From: Prorocentrum cordatum
Taxonomy: Eukaryota
Assembly (NCBI GenBank): GCA_963575745.1
Contig: CAUYUJ010000248.1
Coordinates: 310,001 to 374,000, forward strand
Length of the DNA: 64,000 bases
Reading direction: 5' to 3'
Part shown: positions 10,469-24,312 of the stretch, piece by piece
Layout of the letters: each line of letters opens with the position of its first letter
How positions within the stretch are numbered: the stretch's first letter is position 1
Notes under the pieces: model-generated
Databases searched by the model: none
What the model was told of the DNA's origin: nothing
Seen by the model: the letters and a program-made list of their open reading frames with translations, nothing else
Program-made: the position numbers and the translations under genes

Positions 10469-13400
10469 AAAACAAAAAAAAAAAAAAAAAAAAATGAAGG
10501 GGAGGGTGAAGGGGAGGGAAGGGAAAGAGGAGGGGAGAAGGAAGTGGAAGAGGAAGGGGAAGAAGGAGGTGGAGGTGGAGCCGGAAGGATTGGGAGAGGA
10601 GGAGGAGGAGGAGGAGCAGGAGGAGGAGGAGAGGGAAGGGGTGGGAGGGGGAGGAAGGGGAGAACGACGACGACGTATTCTGGGTCATTTCCAGGGGTGC
10701 GAAGATAATCACGCTCCGCACATCGCGCTTTGGGTTGAAGAGCTGCCCCCATCCGGGGGGGGCAGCGCGAGGGCGTGGGGGCGCGAAGATCACCGCTCGT
10801 CGCGCGTCGCGAAGCGCGGTGCGCGAAGTTCGGCGACGTAGAACACGATAACCAGGTACTCGGAGGTCGTCGTTGATCCCAGACGCTTTGCGCTCACCGT
10901 CCGCCCATTCCAGTTCTCGCCCAGAGGCGGCGAAGGCGGCCCCACGACGGGGTGGAAAGAGATATTCGGAAAACGGGGAAGGCCCTCCCGCAGGTGTATA
11001 TCTTGTATTTCTCATGTAGTCCATTTCTTCTCCATCGCATCGCCAAGTGGGCTCAGTTATTCCGTGTGGCTGATCGATGCCCGTCACCATTACCAACGGG
11101 TAATTGCTGGCTCTCTGGACATTTGATGCTGATTATGGACGCTGGCTCTCTGGACATTTGCTCCTTATCCACAGCAGGAGCCCCGAATTAGCCATAACAC
11201 CGCACCACGACGGCCTGGAGACAGCCCAACACCCGCCTACAAGGGCCGAAAAGGGTTCGAAGAGGGGCCAAGATGGGCCCGAGGCGGCCCAGGCGGGCCG
11301 CTGGACTGCCCAAGCGCGAGGACCCCCGCGATGGCCCCGACCACGTCCGAACTTGCACTGAAGCTGCGCCAGGGTCTGGGTCTGTTTGGGTGTCGTTTGG
11401 GGATCCAGGTGTGTCCATAACATCCAACATGGATCCCAGATCACATTCAAAAATGGCGTCGAAATTTGCATGCTGAAAATATCCCAGACGACACCGAAAG
11501 TCAGCCACAAGTGGCGTCCAGGCGACCCCGGCGAAGTAACATCTTAAACAAAAAGCATATGGTTGTTGCTCTACGTTTGAAGTTTCCAGTTTGTGGGCGA
11601 GGTTGGGCCCAAGAGGCGTTCTTGATGAGCCTGGGAGTCGATTTGGGAGGTCACGACGAAGCCCCGAAAGGGGCAAACATAAAGCAAAACTGCGGTCTGA
11701 AAGGTTGGTAGAAACGGTCTGACATTCGAGCTCGTTTTGGACGGCGTCCGGAAGCCGTCTTGGGACTGGAAAAGGGTATGTTCCGCAGCCTGGTGGCGGA
11801 ATAGCGGGGGCCTCTGGGGGGGGGGGGAAGAGGGGGCTGCAGCTTTGCAAGGAGCTCTCGCACTTCAATCTCACACGCACCTCGGCTTGGCGGGCGGGCG
11901 GATTTCTCTGGCTTCGGGGGGTGCACGTCCGAAGCACATCAAGACTGGGCATTACACCTTAGGCGATGCTTAAGAAAACTTGCATTTTCGGCCAGAGTCT
12001 CGATTATTCTTAATGTTTCAATGTAAATCCTAATGTTTGAATGGAAATTTTGGGTTTTTATTCAAGTACTGAGACTATGAATTTCTTAACCCATGATTTC
12101 TTAAGCATTTCGCAGGGTGTAGGGTGGTCTGCCCTGCTCGCCTGGCGCTCTGGCCTGCTGCCTCGTCCTGCCCGCCCCGGGGCGCTGCCAGCGCCGCGGG
12201 GGGGGCGGACGCGCCGCCCCCTGTTCCCGCGCCAGGGGTCCTTTTGGAGCCCTCTTGGGGCGTCTCCGAAGCTTCTTGGGCCGTCTCGGAGCCATCTTGC
12301 CTGTTTTCGAAGATTCCCCGGCGCGTCTGGGCCCGGCTTCAGCCAGCTCAAATGGCACCTCGTGCATCTTGGAGGCCACGGAGTGCAGATTTGGAGGCTC
12401 CGGGGGCCCCGGGGCTGCGTCTACGAGGTCTGGCCTCCACCTGCCCCCGGGCCGCCCCCTCCAATGCGATTTCGTACCCCAGGCAGGGGAGTGGGACAGG
12501 GGGACGGGCAGCCAATCATCGCACACGCCTTTGCACCCCCGGCAAGCGGGGGTCGGCGGATTTGTGGACAATCTTCGGAAGTGTTCGGGAAGTTCTGGAT
12601 GGCTTCTGGGAGGGAGGGGAGGCGTTATGGCCATTGGCTGGCCAGGTGAGGAGCACATTATCCTCCTCCTCCTCCTCCTCTCTCTCCCCTCCTCCTTTCC
12701 TCCTCCTCCTCCTCCTCCTCCTCCTCCTCCTCCTCCTCCTCCTCCCTCCTCCTCCCTCCTCCTCCTCCTCCTCCTCCTCCTCCTGCTCCCCTCTTCCTCC
12801 TCCTCCTCCTCCTCCTCCTCCTCCTCCTCCTCCTCCTCCTCGGGACACCCGTTCCGCACACCATTCCGATCTCCCCTTCGCCCCAGTCCAGACGGATCGG
12901 TGCACGCGCCGATCTGCCCCATCGAGGGAGGCGGGCGGGTCGGAGGACCCACCGAGTCGTCTCGGGAGGCGAGGGGAGGAGGGCCAGGGTGGTGGTCGGA
13001 GCGGAGCCTCCCGCTCGTCTGTGCTTCTCTCTCCTCCCCGCTCGCTCCTGCCTCGCCCGCGCAGCCTCGCGGCCCTTGCACCGTCCTCGCCCTCGCCCTG
13101 CCCAGTCGGTCTCCCTCAGCATGCCAGGCGGGTGAGCCCGTGGCTCCTCCTCCTTCTCGTCCTCCGCCCCCCTTGTGCCTTTCGAGCTCCTCGTTGCCTT
13201 CCTCCTCGTCAACTCTGCGTCCCTCACGGTCCTCTACGTGCGCTGTCCAGCTAGCTCTCGTTGTACCCCTCCTGCTCCTCCTTCTCTGCCTCGTCGTGCT
13301 CCTTCTGGTCTCTCCTCGGCCTCCCCGCCGTCGCCCTCTCCTCATGCACCTCCTCCCAATCCGCTCTCATCCCTTCTCTGCTCTTTTCCGCATCCCTCCC

Positions 13401-13499
13401 TCCTCCTGGGAGACCCGACTGCCCGGCGGCGGCACCGCATGTGTCTCCACCGCGCTTGCAGCCCGCACGCGTGCACGCCTGCGGACGCTCCGCAAAGCT

Positions 13500-13682
13500 C
13501 GAAGAAGAAAAAACCACATAAGCATAAAATGTTCGCGCTCCGCGCGGATTTCTCAGATCCGCGCCTGGGCCCCCCTGGCGGCGCCTCTGGCGCCGCCCCT
13601 GGCGCGCAGGGGGTCTGGCGCGGATCCAGGAAATCCGCGCGAAGCGCCAAAAGTTTCTGTTTACGTGGTTGTTTTTCTTCTA
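13500..13682. mobile_element. Palindromic MITE-like element
   Basis: Left arm AACCACATAAGCATAAAATGTTCGCGCTCCGCGCGGATTTCTCAGATCCGCGCC pairs imperfectly with right arm GGCGCGGATCCAGGAAATCCGCGCGAAGCGCCAAAAGTTTCTGTTTACGTGGTT. Confidence 0.65.
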
Positions 13683-13871
13683 GACGCGCGCTCCCGCTCT
13701 CCTGGCAGGGCCGCCAACGATCCGATTCGATCCCTCTACAGGAGGAATATTCAGAAATAGTAAAGAAATAGTCAGGGGACGATTTTGCTTGTATTTTTGA
13801 CCATGTTTAAACATGTTTTGAGTATCGCCCAAAATCCGCCTGTGGGGGGACGTGCCCGACCTAATTCGAGG

Positions 13872-14060
13872 GAAGAGAAGCACGGGGACCATGACCAAGA
13901 TGCCGCGGGATCTTGTCCATGCCGATCTTGGTCATGGTCTGCGTCGGCCGTCGCCGAGTCGCGAGGATGCTCCGCGAGAAGGCGCTGACCAAGATCGACA
14001 GTGACCAACATCGACGACGTTTCCGCGTTCAGCCTTGGTCATGGTCCCCGTTTTCTTCCC
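13872..14060. mobile_element. MITE-like element with 18-bp perfect inverted repeats
   Basis: ACGGGGACCATGACCAAG (13882-13899) / CTTGGTCATGGTCCCCGT (14034-14051). Confidence 0.6.
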
Positions 14061-15134
14061 CTCCAGCCCCCTCCAGCCGTATCTCTGCTCCGCGGGTCCT
14101 GCATTGGGGTGCCAGGGGCCCTTCCCCCGCGGGGCCCGAGAGGCAAGAGACCGTGGAGCTCCCGAACCTGCAGGCGCACGCCAGCGGGTGAGGGAGGGAG
14201 GGAGGGAGGAAGGGAGGGAGGGAGGGATTGAAGGCGGGAGGGAGGGAGGGAGGGAGGGAGGGAGGAGGAGGAGGAGGAGGAGGAGGAGGACGAGGAGGAG
14301 GAGGACGACGACGACGACAACGAGGACGAGGATGAGGACGAGGAGAAGAAGGAGGAGGAGAAGCAGCAGCAGCAGCAGAAAGATGAGGAGGGAAAACGGG
14401 AGGGAGGGAGAGATAGAAAGGGATTGACCCAGGGAGGGAAGGAGAAGGAGGCGGAGAAGGAGAAGGATAATGAGAAGGAGGAGGAGGAGAAGGCTTGAAA
14501 TCGGATTGACCTGGTGGAGAAGGACGAGGGAGGAGGAGGAGGAGGAGGAGGAGGTGCCCTCAACCGTGCTACCACTCCTTCTCCTCCTCGTGTCTGTGGC
14601 GTATTGTATTGCCATTCCCGTAGGTCTTGTCTCCCTCCTTGCTGCCGCTGTTGCTTCCCCGTCCAGCTCAAAGGATGTTGAACTCCTCGCAGTTCATCTC
14701 TGCACGCCGCCAGGTCGGACACGGCCACTGTCGTTGTCGCCGTCACCTAGGCCGGTGGCCCTGACGACAGGGTAGCGGCAGCATTGGCATTGCCGAAACG
14801 CGCCAGGAATTCAGCAAGGCCTGAGGGTGCAACTACGACACCTTGCATGGCTGCTGCTTTTGGGGGGGGGGGCTGCGCTCAGGGGAGGCTGCAGCACCGC
14901 TCAGCGATGTGCTGTTATGGGCCCTTTCCCATTCTGTGCTCTTCAGCTTTGGCTTCGGCTTCAGCTGCGGGTGCGCTTCGAAGTGCCTTCGAGCCAGTTC
15001 ACCCGAGTCGGTTCTCGGCTCGCACGCGTGCCTCTCTCCAGACTTCCCTCACCCTCTCCCTTGTCGATGTTCCATCCCAGAGCCCCATCTCCCCACCCCC
15101 TTGTGCTCCTCTCCCCTGTTCTCCTCCTGCTTCC

Positions 15135-15483
15135 TCTTCCTCCTCCTCCTCCTCCTCCTCCTCCTCCCTCCTCCTCCTCCTCCTCCTCCTCCTCCTCCTC
15201 CTCCTCCTCCTCCTCCTCCTCCTCCTCCTCCTCTCGTCTCTCCTCCTCCTCTCTCTCATTTTCCTCCCCCTCATCCTCCTCCTGCTTCTCCTCCTCCTCC
15301 TCCCTCCTCCTCCCCCTTCTCCTCCTCCTCCCTCCTCCTCCTCCTCTCCCTCCTCTTCCTCCTCCTCCTCCTCCTCCTCCTCCTCCCCGCCTTCTCCTTC
15401 TCATCCATCTTCCTTCTTCTTCCTCTCCTCCTCTCCTCCCTCCCCCTTCCCCTCTCCCCTCCCCATCCCCACCACCACCATCA

Positions 15484-15542
<59 letters not shown>

Positions 15543-15543
15543 G

Positions 15544-15588
<45 letters not shown>

Positions 15589-15815
15589 CGTCATCATCAT
15601 CATCAGCATCATCAGCAGCATCATCAGCATCACCACCGCCATCATCAGCTTCATCATCAGCATCGTCATCATCAGCATCAGCATCATCGTCAGCATCATC
15701 ATCAGCATCGTCATCGTCACCATCAGCATCCGCATCATCATCAGCATCAGCAGCATAATCATCATCATCGACATTATCAGCATCATGCGGGCGATCGTTT
15801 TCATCATCGTAATCG

Positions 15816-15864
<49 letters not shown>

Positions 15865-15906
15865 TATCCTCATCATCATCATCATCATCAGCATCATCAT
15901 CATCGA

Positions 15907-15947
<41 letters not shown>

Positions 15948-16610
15948 GTATCATCATCATCATCATCATCATCATCAGCGTCATCATCGTTATCATCATC
16001 GTCAGCATCCTCGTCAACAGCATCATCAGCATCCCTCCTCCTCCTCCTCCTCCTCGAGGTCGTCGTTGTCGTCGTCGTCATCATCGTCATGTTCCTCATC
16101 CTCCTCATCATCCACATAACCATCACCATCATCATCACCAACAGCATCATCATCAGCATCATCATAATCAGCATCATGATCAGCATCACCACCAGTAGCA
16201 TCATACTCACCATCATCATCACCATCAGCAGCAGCATCCTCATCAGCATCATTATTATTACCATCATGACCTACACTACCATCATCAGTATCATTATCAC
16301 CATCACCATCCTCACCATGGACTACATCATCGTCGTCAGCATCATGATCAGACGCGTCATACTCATCATCAGCAGCAGCATCATCAGCATCATCCTCAGC
16401 ATCATCAGCATCAGCATAATCATCGTCACCATCATCCGCCTCACCATCGTCATCAGCATCATCAGCATCATCATCACCTTCATCGTCGTTGCCATCGTCA
16501 AGATCATCACCATCATCATCATCATCATCATCATCATCGGCATCGGCATCATCGGCATCAGCATCAGCATCATCAACATGATCAGCTTCGTCAGCCACAT
16601 CATCATCCTC
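15135..16610. repeat. (CCT)n followed by (CAT/CAG)n microsatellite
   Basis: Directly visible. Confidence 0.95.
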
Positions 16611-17185
16611 TCACCTGGCAAGGGCTTTACGAGAGGCCTCAGCGCTTCTGATGCTGCTCGGCTCCTAAAACGTGTCATCCCTGGCTTCGGCCATGGTCGC
16701 CCCGCCGAGTGGTCCGCCGATCTGCGTCGGCCTGACACGGCGTTCTGTGCCTGACCCGCTCGTGTCGCGCCTGACGGGGGGGGGGGGCTGCGCGCCAGCA
16801 TGCCAGCACGGGCTTGGTCTTCGGTCCCGTTTTGCCGACGGTCGGTCTTGTTCGGTCTCCTCGGGTCATCGGTTTGCAGTCTTCGTGGCCTTTCGGTCTT
16901 TGTGCCCCCCATGTGGCGCTTGACTGGCCGCTGCGTTAGGTACAGTACGTCGGTTGATGGTTTGTTGTTGTTGATTGGTTCTCGTTCGACGTGCCCGATC
17001 CAATCCACATACTGTTCCTCGGCCTCCTCTTCCTCGGCCTCATCCTCCTCATCAACAGCATCTTCATCTTATTACGATTCCTGTTCAGCATCATCATCAC
17101 CGTCATCGTCATCGCCAGCATCATCAACAGCAGCATCATCATCAGCATCATCATCATTGTCACAGCGATCATCGCCACCATCAGA

Positions 17186-18069
17186 AATTATCCCAGAGCG
17201 ACCCTACCTAGGAGTTGGAGCCCCTAGGAGAGCAATATTAGTAGTAACGGTAAACGCCGTCCTCCTCTTTCTCCTCATCGTCGCAGTTGTAGCAGTAGCG
17301 GTAGTAGTAGTGTTATGCTATGCTATGCTATCCTGCGCTATGCTATGCTATGCTATGCTGGGCTATGCTATGCTATGCTAGGCTATGGTATGACATTATG
17401 TGCTGCGCTATGCTATGACATGCTATGCTATGCTATACTATGCTATGTTGCGCTATGATATGATATGCTGTGATGTGCTGTGCTATGCAATGCTATGCTG
17501 CGCTGTGCTATGCTAAGCACTGCTATGTCATGCTATGCGATGCAATGCTATGATATGCTATGCGATGCTATGCAGAGCTATGCTGTGCTATGCTATGCTA
17601 TGCTATGCTTGGCGATGCTATGCTATGCTATGCTGCGCTCATGCTGCGCTGCGCTATGCTGCGCTGCGCTAAGCAAAGCTAAACTAAGCTAAGGTATGTT
17701 AAGCTAAGCTAAGCTACGCTAAGCTAGGCGAAGCTAAGCTAAACTAAACTAAGCTAAGCTAAGTCATGCTAAACTAAGCTAAGCCAAGCTAAGCTCAGCT
17801 AAGCTAAGCTAAGCTAAGATGAGCTAGGCTACGCTTAGCTAAGCTAGGCTAGGCAAAGCTAAGCTAAGCTAAGCTAAGATGAGATAAGCTAAGCTAAGCC
17901 AAGCTAAGCTTAGCTAAGCTAAGCTAAGCTAAGCTGGGTGAACCCAGGGGGCGGGGACTGGGGGAACCGCGGGGCGGGGACTGGGGGAACCGCCGGGGGC
18001 GCTTTCCACTGCCCGGCCCCTTTAAGCTAGAGAGTAAGAACCCTTCTAGGCAGAGCCTAGGTAGGGAAA
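17186..18069 (-). mobile_element. Non-autonomous Helentron/HINE-like element enclosing (ATGCT)n and (AAGCT)n pentamer arrays
   Basis: 11-bp inverted repeats CCCTACCTAGG (17202-17212) / CCTAGGTAGGG (18056-18066); hairpin CTAGGC-AGA-GCCTAG at the 18069 end; the other end reads ...GGATAATT on the minus strand. Confidence 0.6.
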
Positions 18070-18074
18070 AAAAT

Positions 18075-18453
18075 CATCATCACCATCAGCATCGTCAGCA
18101 TCATCAGCATCACCATCATCAGCATCACCACCATCATCATGATCAGCATGATCAGCATCGTTATCGTCATCGTCACCACCATCATCATTAGCATCATGTT
18201 CAGCATCATCGTCATTAACACCAGCATCACCATCATCATCAGCATCATCATCATCATTATCATCATCATCATCAGCATCATCATCATAATCTTCATCATC
18301 ATCCGATGCATCGTTCGAATCATCATCATCAGCAGCAGCAGTATCATCAGCACCACCACCATCATCATCATCACCACCAACATCTACAATCATCACCACC
18401 ATCAGCACCATCACCAAAGTCATCAACATCATCATCATCATCATCAGCATCGA

Positions 18454-18501
<48 letters not shown>

Positions 18502-18985
18502 ACTCATGACCCTCCGTCTCATCATCATCAGCATCAACATCACCAGCATCATCATCGGCATCATCAACAATAACGGCATGAACATCAACACCACCACCAT
18601 CATCGTCAGCATCATCATCCTCATCATCACCTCCACCACCATCATCGCCATCATCATCATCGCCATCATTATCATCATTTGCACCATCATCAGCAGCATC
18701 ATCACCATCACCATCATCGTCAGCATCATCATCATCATTAGCATCATCAGCATCATCATCAGCATCAGCATGGTCAGCATCGTCAGCAGCATCACCATCG
18801 CCATCATCATCGCCATCATCATCAGCATCATCATCACCTGCACCATCATCATCATCATCAGCATCATCACCATCACCATCATCGTCAGCATCATCATTAT
18901 CATCATCATCATCATCACCATCATCATCAGCATCATCAGCATCATCATCATCATCAGCAGCATCAGCAGCAGCATCATTATCATC
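18075..18985. repeat. (CAT/CAG/CAC)n microsatellite
   Basis: Directly visible. Confidence 0.95.
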
Positions 18986-19169
18986 CGGCCCTGCTCACTG
19001 CCGTTCCTCGCCCCTCTCTCCAGAGATGGAGGAGGAGGAGAAGGAGGAGGAGGAGGAGGAGGCAGCAGACTGAGCAGGAGTAGGGGGGAGGAGGGGTGAA
19101 AAGGAAGAAGGATGCGAGTTAGCAGGCGCGCCCTCCTCCCCCCCTCGCCCCTCTATTCTCATTTATTTT

Positions 19170-19860
19170 CCTTTCTAAAATGAGAACAGACTCTAGCCCC
19201 CCCCCCCCGGAGTTATCGCCCCCCCCTTTCGGGTATGTAAATCACATATGATTCTGACCACATGTCCATCCGAAATGTGAAATCACAATGTCCCAGGCCA
19301 ACCGGGTTCCCCCCCCCTGAGGTTCCTTTGTAAAAAAACACTATGCGGTGACATTTTTTGTTCTAACATAACACTTTTTCGCGAATCCCTTGCAAAAAAT
19401 AGGACGAAGTGCACACGCGCGCGTCGTCGCGCGCGCATGCCGAAATCCTTCAAAAACCTTCGGTGCCGGAAGGATATCGCAATCGAGTCTCCAAAAACAT
19501 ACAAAAACACAGGGTTTCGTAACACTGATTTGCTAAAAAATCTTACGCGCGAGCTCTTGCGAAATCTTCAGAAAACCATAGGTCTTTCAAGATTTTCACA
19601 ACATGCTACCAAACGGGGGTCGCGCGCGCGCATGTCGAAATCTGTCGAACGCCCTTGCCTTGCGCGTGTGTCGTCGCGAGAATCCTTTGCAAAAAATGGG
19701 ACGAAGTGCAGACGCGCGCGTCGTCGCGCGCGTACGCCGAAATCCTTCACAACCCATCGGTTTCGGAAGGATTTCAAAATCGCGCGTCCAAAAAACATAC
19801 AAACACACAAGGTTTCGCAACACGGATTTTCAACAAAAGCGTGCGCGCGCGCTCTTGCGG

Positions 19861-19891
<31 letters not shown>

Positions 19892-22503
19892 GCCGTCCTC
19901 CCTCCTCCCGCGTCGTCGTCGTCGTCGTCGCCTACGTCGTCCTGTGTCTTTCCTCGTGTTCGTCGTCGTCGTCCTCCTCTTTGGCGTCGTGATCGTTTCC
20001 GTCGTCGTTGTCGCCGTGGTCGTCCTTCCTCCTCCTCCCTCGTCGTCGTCGTCCGTCGTCGGCGTCTCGTCGTCGTCCCTCATATTTCGTCGCCGTCGTC
20101 GTCGGCGTCGTCGTCGTCGTCGGTGTCGTCGTCGTCGTCGTTGTCGTCGTCGAAGTCGTTGGAGACGTCGTCGGTGTCGTCGTAGTCGGTGTCGGCGGTG
20201 CCGTCGTCGTCGTTGTCGCGGTCGTCGTCGGCGTCGGTGTCGCGGCCAAGTGCCATGTGGTACCTACCGTCACGGTCTTGTCTTAGATGACTTGCGACCA
20301 AGTTGCGGGTGGGAGGGTGGGATGTTTGCACGAGCAGCGGAGAGGACAGCTTCAAGACGGTCAAAGTGGTTAAAATGAGAGTAGATTCTATCCCCCCCGG
20401 AGTTATCGCTTCCCTTTTCGGGTATGCAAATCACATATGATTCAGACCACATGTCCATCCTTAATATGAAATCTCAATGTCCCAGGCCAACCGGGTTCCC
20501 CCCCCTGAGGTTCCCTTGTGAAAAACACTATGCGGTGACATTTTTAGTTCTAACATAACACTTTTTCACGAATCCCTTGCAACCCTTGCAAAAAACTGGA
20601 CGAAGTGCACACGCGCGCGTCGCCGCGCGCGCATGCCGAAATTATTCAAAAACCTTCGGTGCCGGAAGGATTTCGCAATCGAGTTTCCATAACATACAAA
20701 AGCACATGGTTTATCGCCACTGATGTGCTAGAAATGCTTACGCGCGAGCTCTTGCGAAATCTTCAGAAAACCATAGGTTTTTCAAGATTTTCACAACATG
20801 CTACCAAACGGGCGTCGCGCGCGCGCATGTCGAAATCTGTCGAACGCCCTTGCGCGTGTGCCGTCGCGAGAATCCTCTGCAAAAATGGGACGAAGTGCAG
20901 ACGCGCGCGTCGTCGCGCGCGTTCGCCGAAATCCTTCAAAACCCATCGGTTTCGGAAGGATTTCAAAATCGCGCGTCCAAAAAACCTACAAAAACACAAG
21001 GTTTCGCAACACGGATTTTCAACAAAAGCGTGCGCGCGCGCTCTTGCGGCGTCGTCGTCGTCGTCGTCGTCGCCGTCCTTCCCTCCTCCCGCGTCGTCGT
21101 CGTCGTCGCCTACGTCGTCCTGTGTCTTTCCTCGTGTTCGTCGTCGTCGTCCTCTTTGGCGTCGTGGTCGTTTCCGTCGTCGTTGTCGCCGTGGTCGTCC
21201 TTCCCTCCTCCCTCGTCGTCGTCGTCGTCCGTCGTCGGCGTCTCGTCGTCGTCCCTCCTATTTCGTCGCCGTCGTCGTCGTCGTCGTTGTCGTCGTCGTC
21301 TCGTCGTCGTCTTCCCTCCTCCCTCGTCGTTCGTCGTCGGCGTCGCCGTCCTTCCTCTTCCGTCCGCGTCGTTCCTCCCTCCTCCCTCGTTGTCGTCGTT
21401 GTCGTCGTTGTCGCCGTCGTCGTCCTCCCTCCTCCCTCGTCGTCGTCTTCGTTGGCGACGTCGTCGTCGTCTTCGTCGTCGTCGTCGGCGTCGGCGTCGT
21501 CGTCCTCGTCGTCGTCGACGTCGGCGTCGTCGTCGTCGCCGCCGTCGTCGTCGTCGTCGTCGTCATCGGCCGTCTTGCTTCTCCGGCCTTCTTGGGGCGC
21601 TCTTGAGACGCCCCCCGAGGGCTCCAAGACGACCCCGGAGCGATAGCTGTGCTCGGTCCCAGATGGGTTTTGCAAACCAAGTTGCGGGTGGGTGGGTGGG
21701 ATGGTTGCGCGAGCAGTGGAGTTGACAACTTCAAGTTCGGCAAGTGACTAAAAAGAAAATAGACTCTACCCCCCCCCGGAGTTATCACTCCCCCCGCGTC
21801 CTATGTAAATCACGTATGATTCTGACCACATGTCCATCCTAAACATGAAATCACAAGGTCCCAGGCCAACCGGGTTCCCCCCCCTGAGGTTCCCTTGTAA
21901 AAAAACACTATGCGGTGACATTTTTTGTTCTAACATAGCACTTGTTCACGAATCCCTTGCAAAAAACGAGACGAAGTGCACACGCGCGCGTCGCCGCGCG
22001 CGCATGCCGAAATTATCCAAAAACCTTCGGTGTCGGAAGGATTTCGCAACCGAGTTTCCAAAACACATACAAAATCACAGGGATCGCAACACTGATTTGC
22101 TAAAAAAGCTTACGCGCGAGCTCTTGCGAAATCTTAAGAAAACCATAGGTTTTTCAAGATTTTCACAACATGCTACCAAACGGGCTTCGCGCGCGCGCAT
22201 GTCGAAATCTGTCGAACGCCCTTGCGCGTGTGCCGTCGCGAGAATCCTCTGCAAAAATGGGACGCGCGCGTCGTCGCGCGCGTTCGCCGAAATCCTTCAA
22301 AACCCATCGGTTTCGGAAGGATTTCAAAATCGTGTGCCCAAAAAACCTTTTTTAAAGATAAACACAAGGTTTCGCAACACGGATTTTCAACAAAAGCGTG
22401 CGCGCGCGCGCTCTTGCGTCGTCGTCGTCGTCGTCGCCGTCCTGCCTCCTCCCGCGTCGTCGTCGTCGTCGTCGCCTACGTCGTCCTGTGTCTTTCCTCG
22501 TGT

Positions 22504-22535
<32 letters not shown>

Positions 22536-23495
22536 CTCTTTGGCGTCGTGGTCGCTTCCGTCGTCGTTGTCGCCGTGGTCGTCCTTCCTCCTCCTCCCTC
22601 GTCGTCGTCCGTCGTCGGCGTCTCGTCGTCGTCCCTCCTATTTGTCCGCCGTCGTCGTCGTCGTCGTTGTCGTCGTCGTCTTCCCTCCTCCCTCGTCGTT
22701 GTCGTCGTCGGCGTCGCCGTCCTTCCTCCTTCTTCGTCGTTCGCGTCGTCGCTGTCCTCCCTCCTCCCTCGTCGTTGTCGCCGTCGTCGTCGTTGCCGCC
22801 GTCGTCGTCCTCCCTCCTCCCTCGTCGTCGTCTTCGTTGGCGACGTCGTCGTCGTCTTCGTCGTCGTCGTCGGCGTCGGCGTCGTCGTCGTCCTCGTCGT
22901 CGTCGACGTCGGCGTCGTCGTCGTCGCCGCCGTCGTCGTCATCGTCGTCGTCGTCGTCGGCGTCGTTGACGTCGTCGTCGTCGTCGGTGTCGTCGTTGTC
23001 GTCGTCGTCGTCGGCGTCGTCGTCGTCGTTGTCATCGTCATCGTCGTCGTCGGCGTCGGCGTCGTCGTCGTCGGTGTCGTCGTCGTCGTCGTCGTCGTCG
23101 TTGTCGGCGTCGTCGAAGTCGTTGGAGACGTCGTCGGTGTCGTCGTACAGTCGGGGCGCTGAAGAAGGAACCCTTTTCGTTTGGGAGGGGCTCGGTGTTC
23201 CTTAGTTGTTTTGCAGCTCGCCTTTGGTTGTCCTTAGGTCTTCGATCGGAATTCGAAGCTTAACTTATGGAAGAAAGGTGCCTCGTTCCTTATTTAGGGT
23301 TCCTTAGGTCAACGCCCCCCGACTGTAGTCGTTGTCGGCGGCATCGTCGTCGTCGTTGTCACTGTCGTCGTCGGCGTCGCTGTCGTTGCCAAGTGCCATT
23401 TGGTACCCACCGTCACGGTCTTAAGAGATTTTGCAGACCAAGTTGCGGGTGGGTGGGTGGGATGTTTGCGCGAGCAGTGGAGTGGACAACTCACT
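19170..23495 (+). repeat. Tandem array of ~3 copies of a 1.2-1.7 kb unit, each ending in (GTC)n
   Basis: CCCCCCGGAGTTATC...GACCACATGTCCATCC...GGCCAACCGGGTTCCCCCCC recurs at ~19205, ~20395 and ~21775; ACCAAGTTGCGGGTGGG recurs at ~20297, ~21677 and ~23437. Confidence 0.9.
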
Positions 23496-24117
23496 GCGAG
23501 CAGAAATCATCTCCCCCCATACCCCCTCCCTGCTCGCCCATTGGAGCCCCCCATCGCTGCCCCTCCTCCCCTCCCTCCGCCCCTCGCCCCATCCCCCCGC
23601 CCACTCGGGCCCCCCTCTGCAGCTGCACATCATCGAGCTGCCTGCCGCAAGTCGCACCATCGTGCCAGTCCAGCATGTTGGGTTTTTCGAGGGGGCACGG
23701 GAGGCCCTCATGTGTGACACTTCGGGCCTCTTGAAGGTTTCTGGGGGCCCCTTGAGGGGTTCACTGGGGCCTCTTGGCACCTCTTAGCAGCGCCTTGGGG
23801 GCTCCTTGGGGGCTCTTGGGGGCAGCTTGGGCCGTCTACGGCTTCAGAGTCCATCTTGGGTGGGCTCTCTGGGTCGTGTTGGGGCTCTCTTGGGGACCTT
23901 GAGGGCCGTCTTAGCGCCTTCTTGGACCGTCTTGGGGTCCTCTTGGGCCGCTCTTGGGCTATGTGGGCCATCTTGGCACCCTCTTGGGCCGTCTTGGGAG
24001 GGAGACGCCATGGCCGCCCAGGGACACTCGGGAGTCATTAGGGGGTGGTGCAGTTAACTCTGCGTGGCACGGATGATGGGGGGTCCCTTACAAAACTACA
24101 GAACTTTTACCAGACGG

Positions 24118-24312
24118 CAGGTGGTACGGCTGAGGGACGAAATTAAGCAACACCCCCCCCCCCTCCCCCACAATTCAAAGTTGGCACGGTCCTTGAAGAC
24201 CACTCGGAGGCCCAAAATCGGAAGATTCGAAAACAAGATTGCATGTGGGGGGAGGGGGGCAGTTCGAATCATATGGTCTGCAGGAGTGTTGCTTAATTTT
24301 GTCCGCCACCTG
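24118..24312. mobile_element. MITE copy 1 (CAGGTGG...CCACCTG ends)
   Basis: Internal perfect IR AAATTAAGCAACAC / GTGTTGCTTAATTT; homologous to 28661-28845. Confidence 0.75.
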
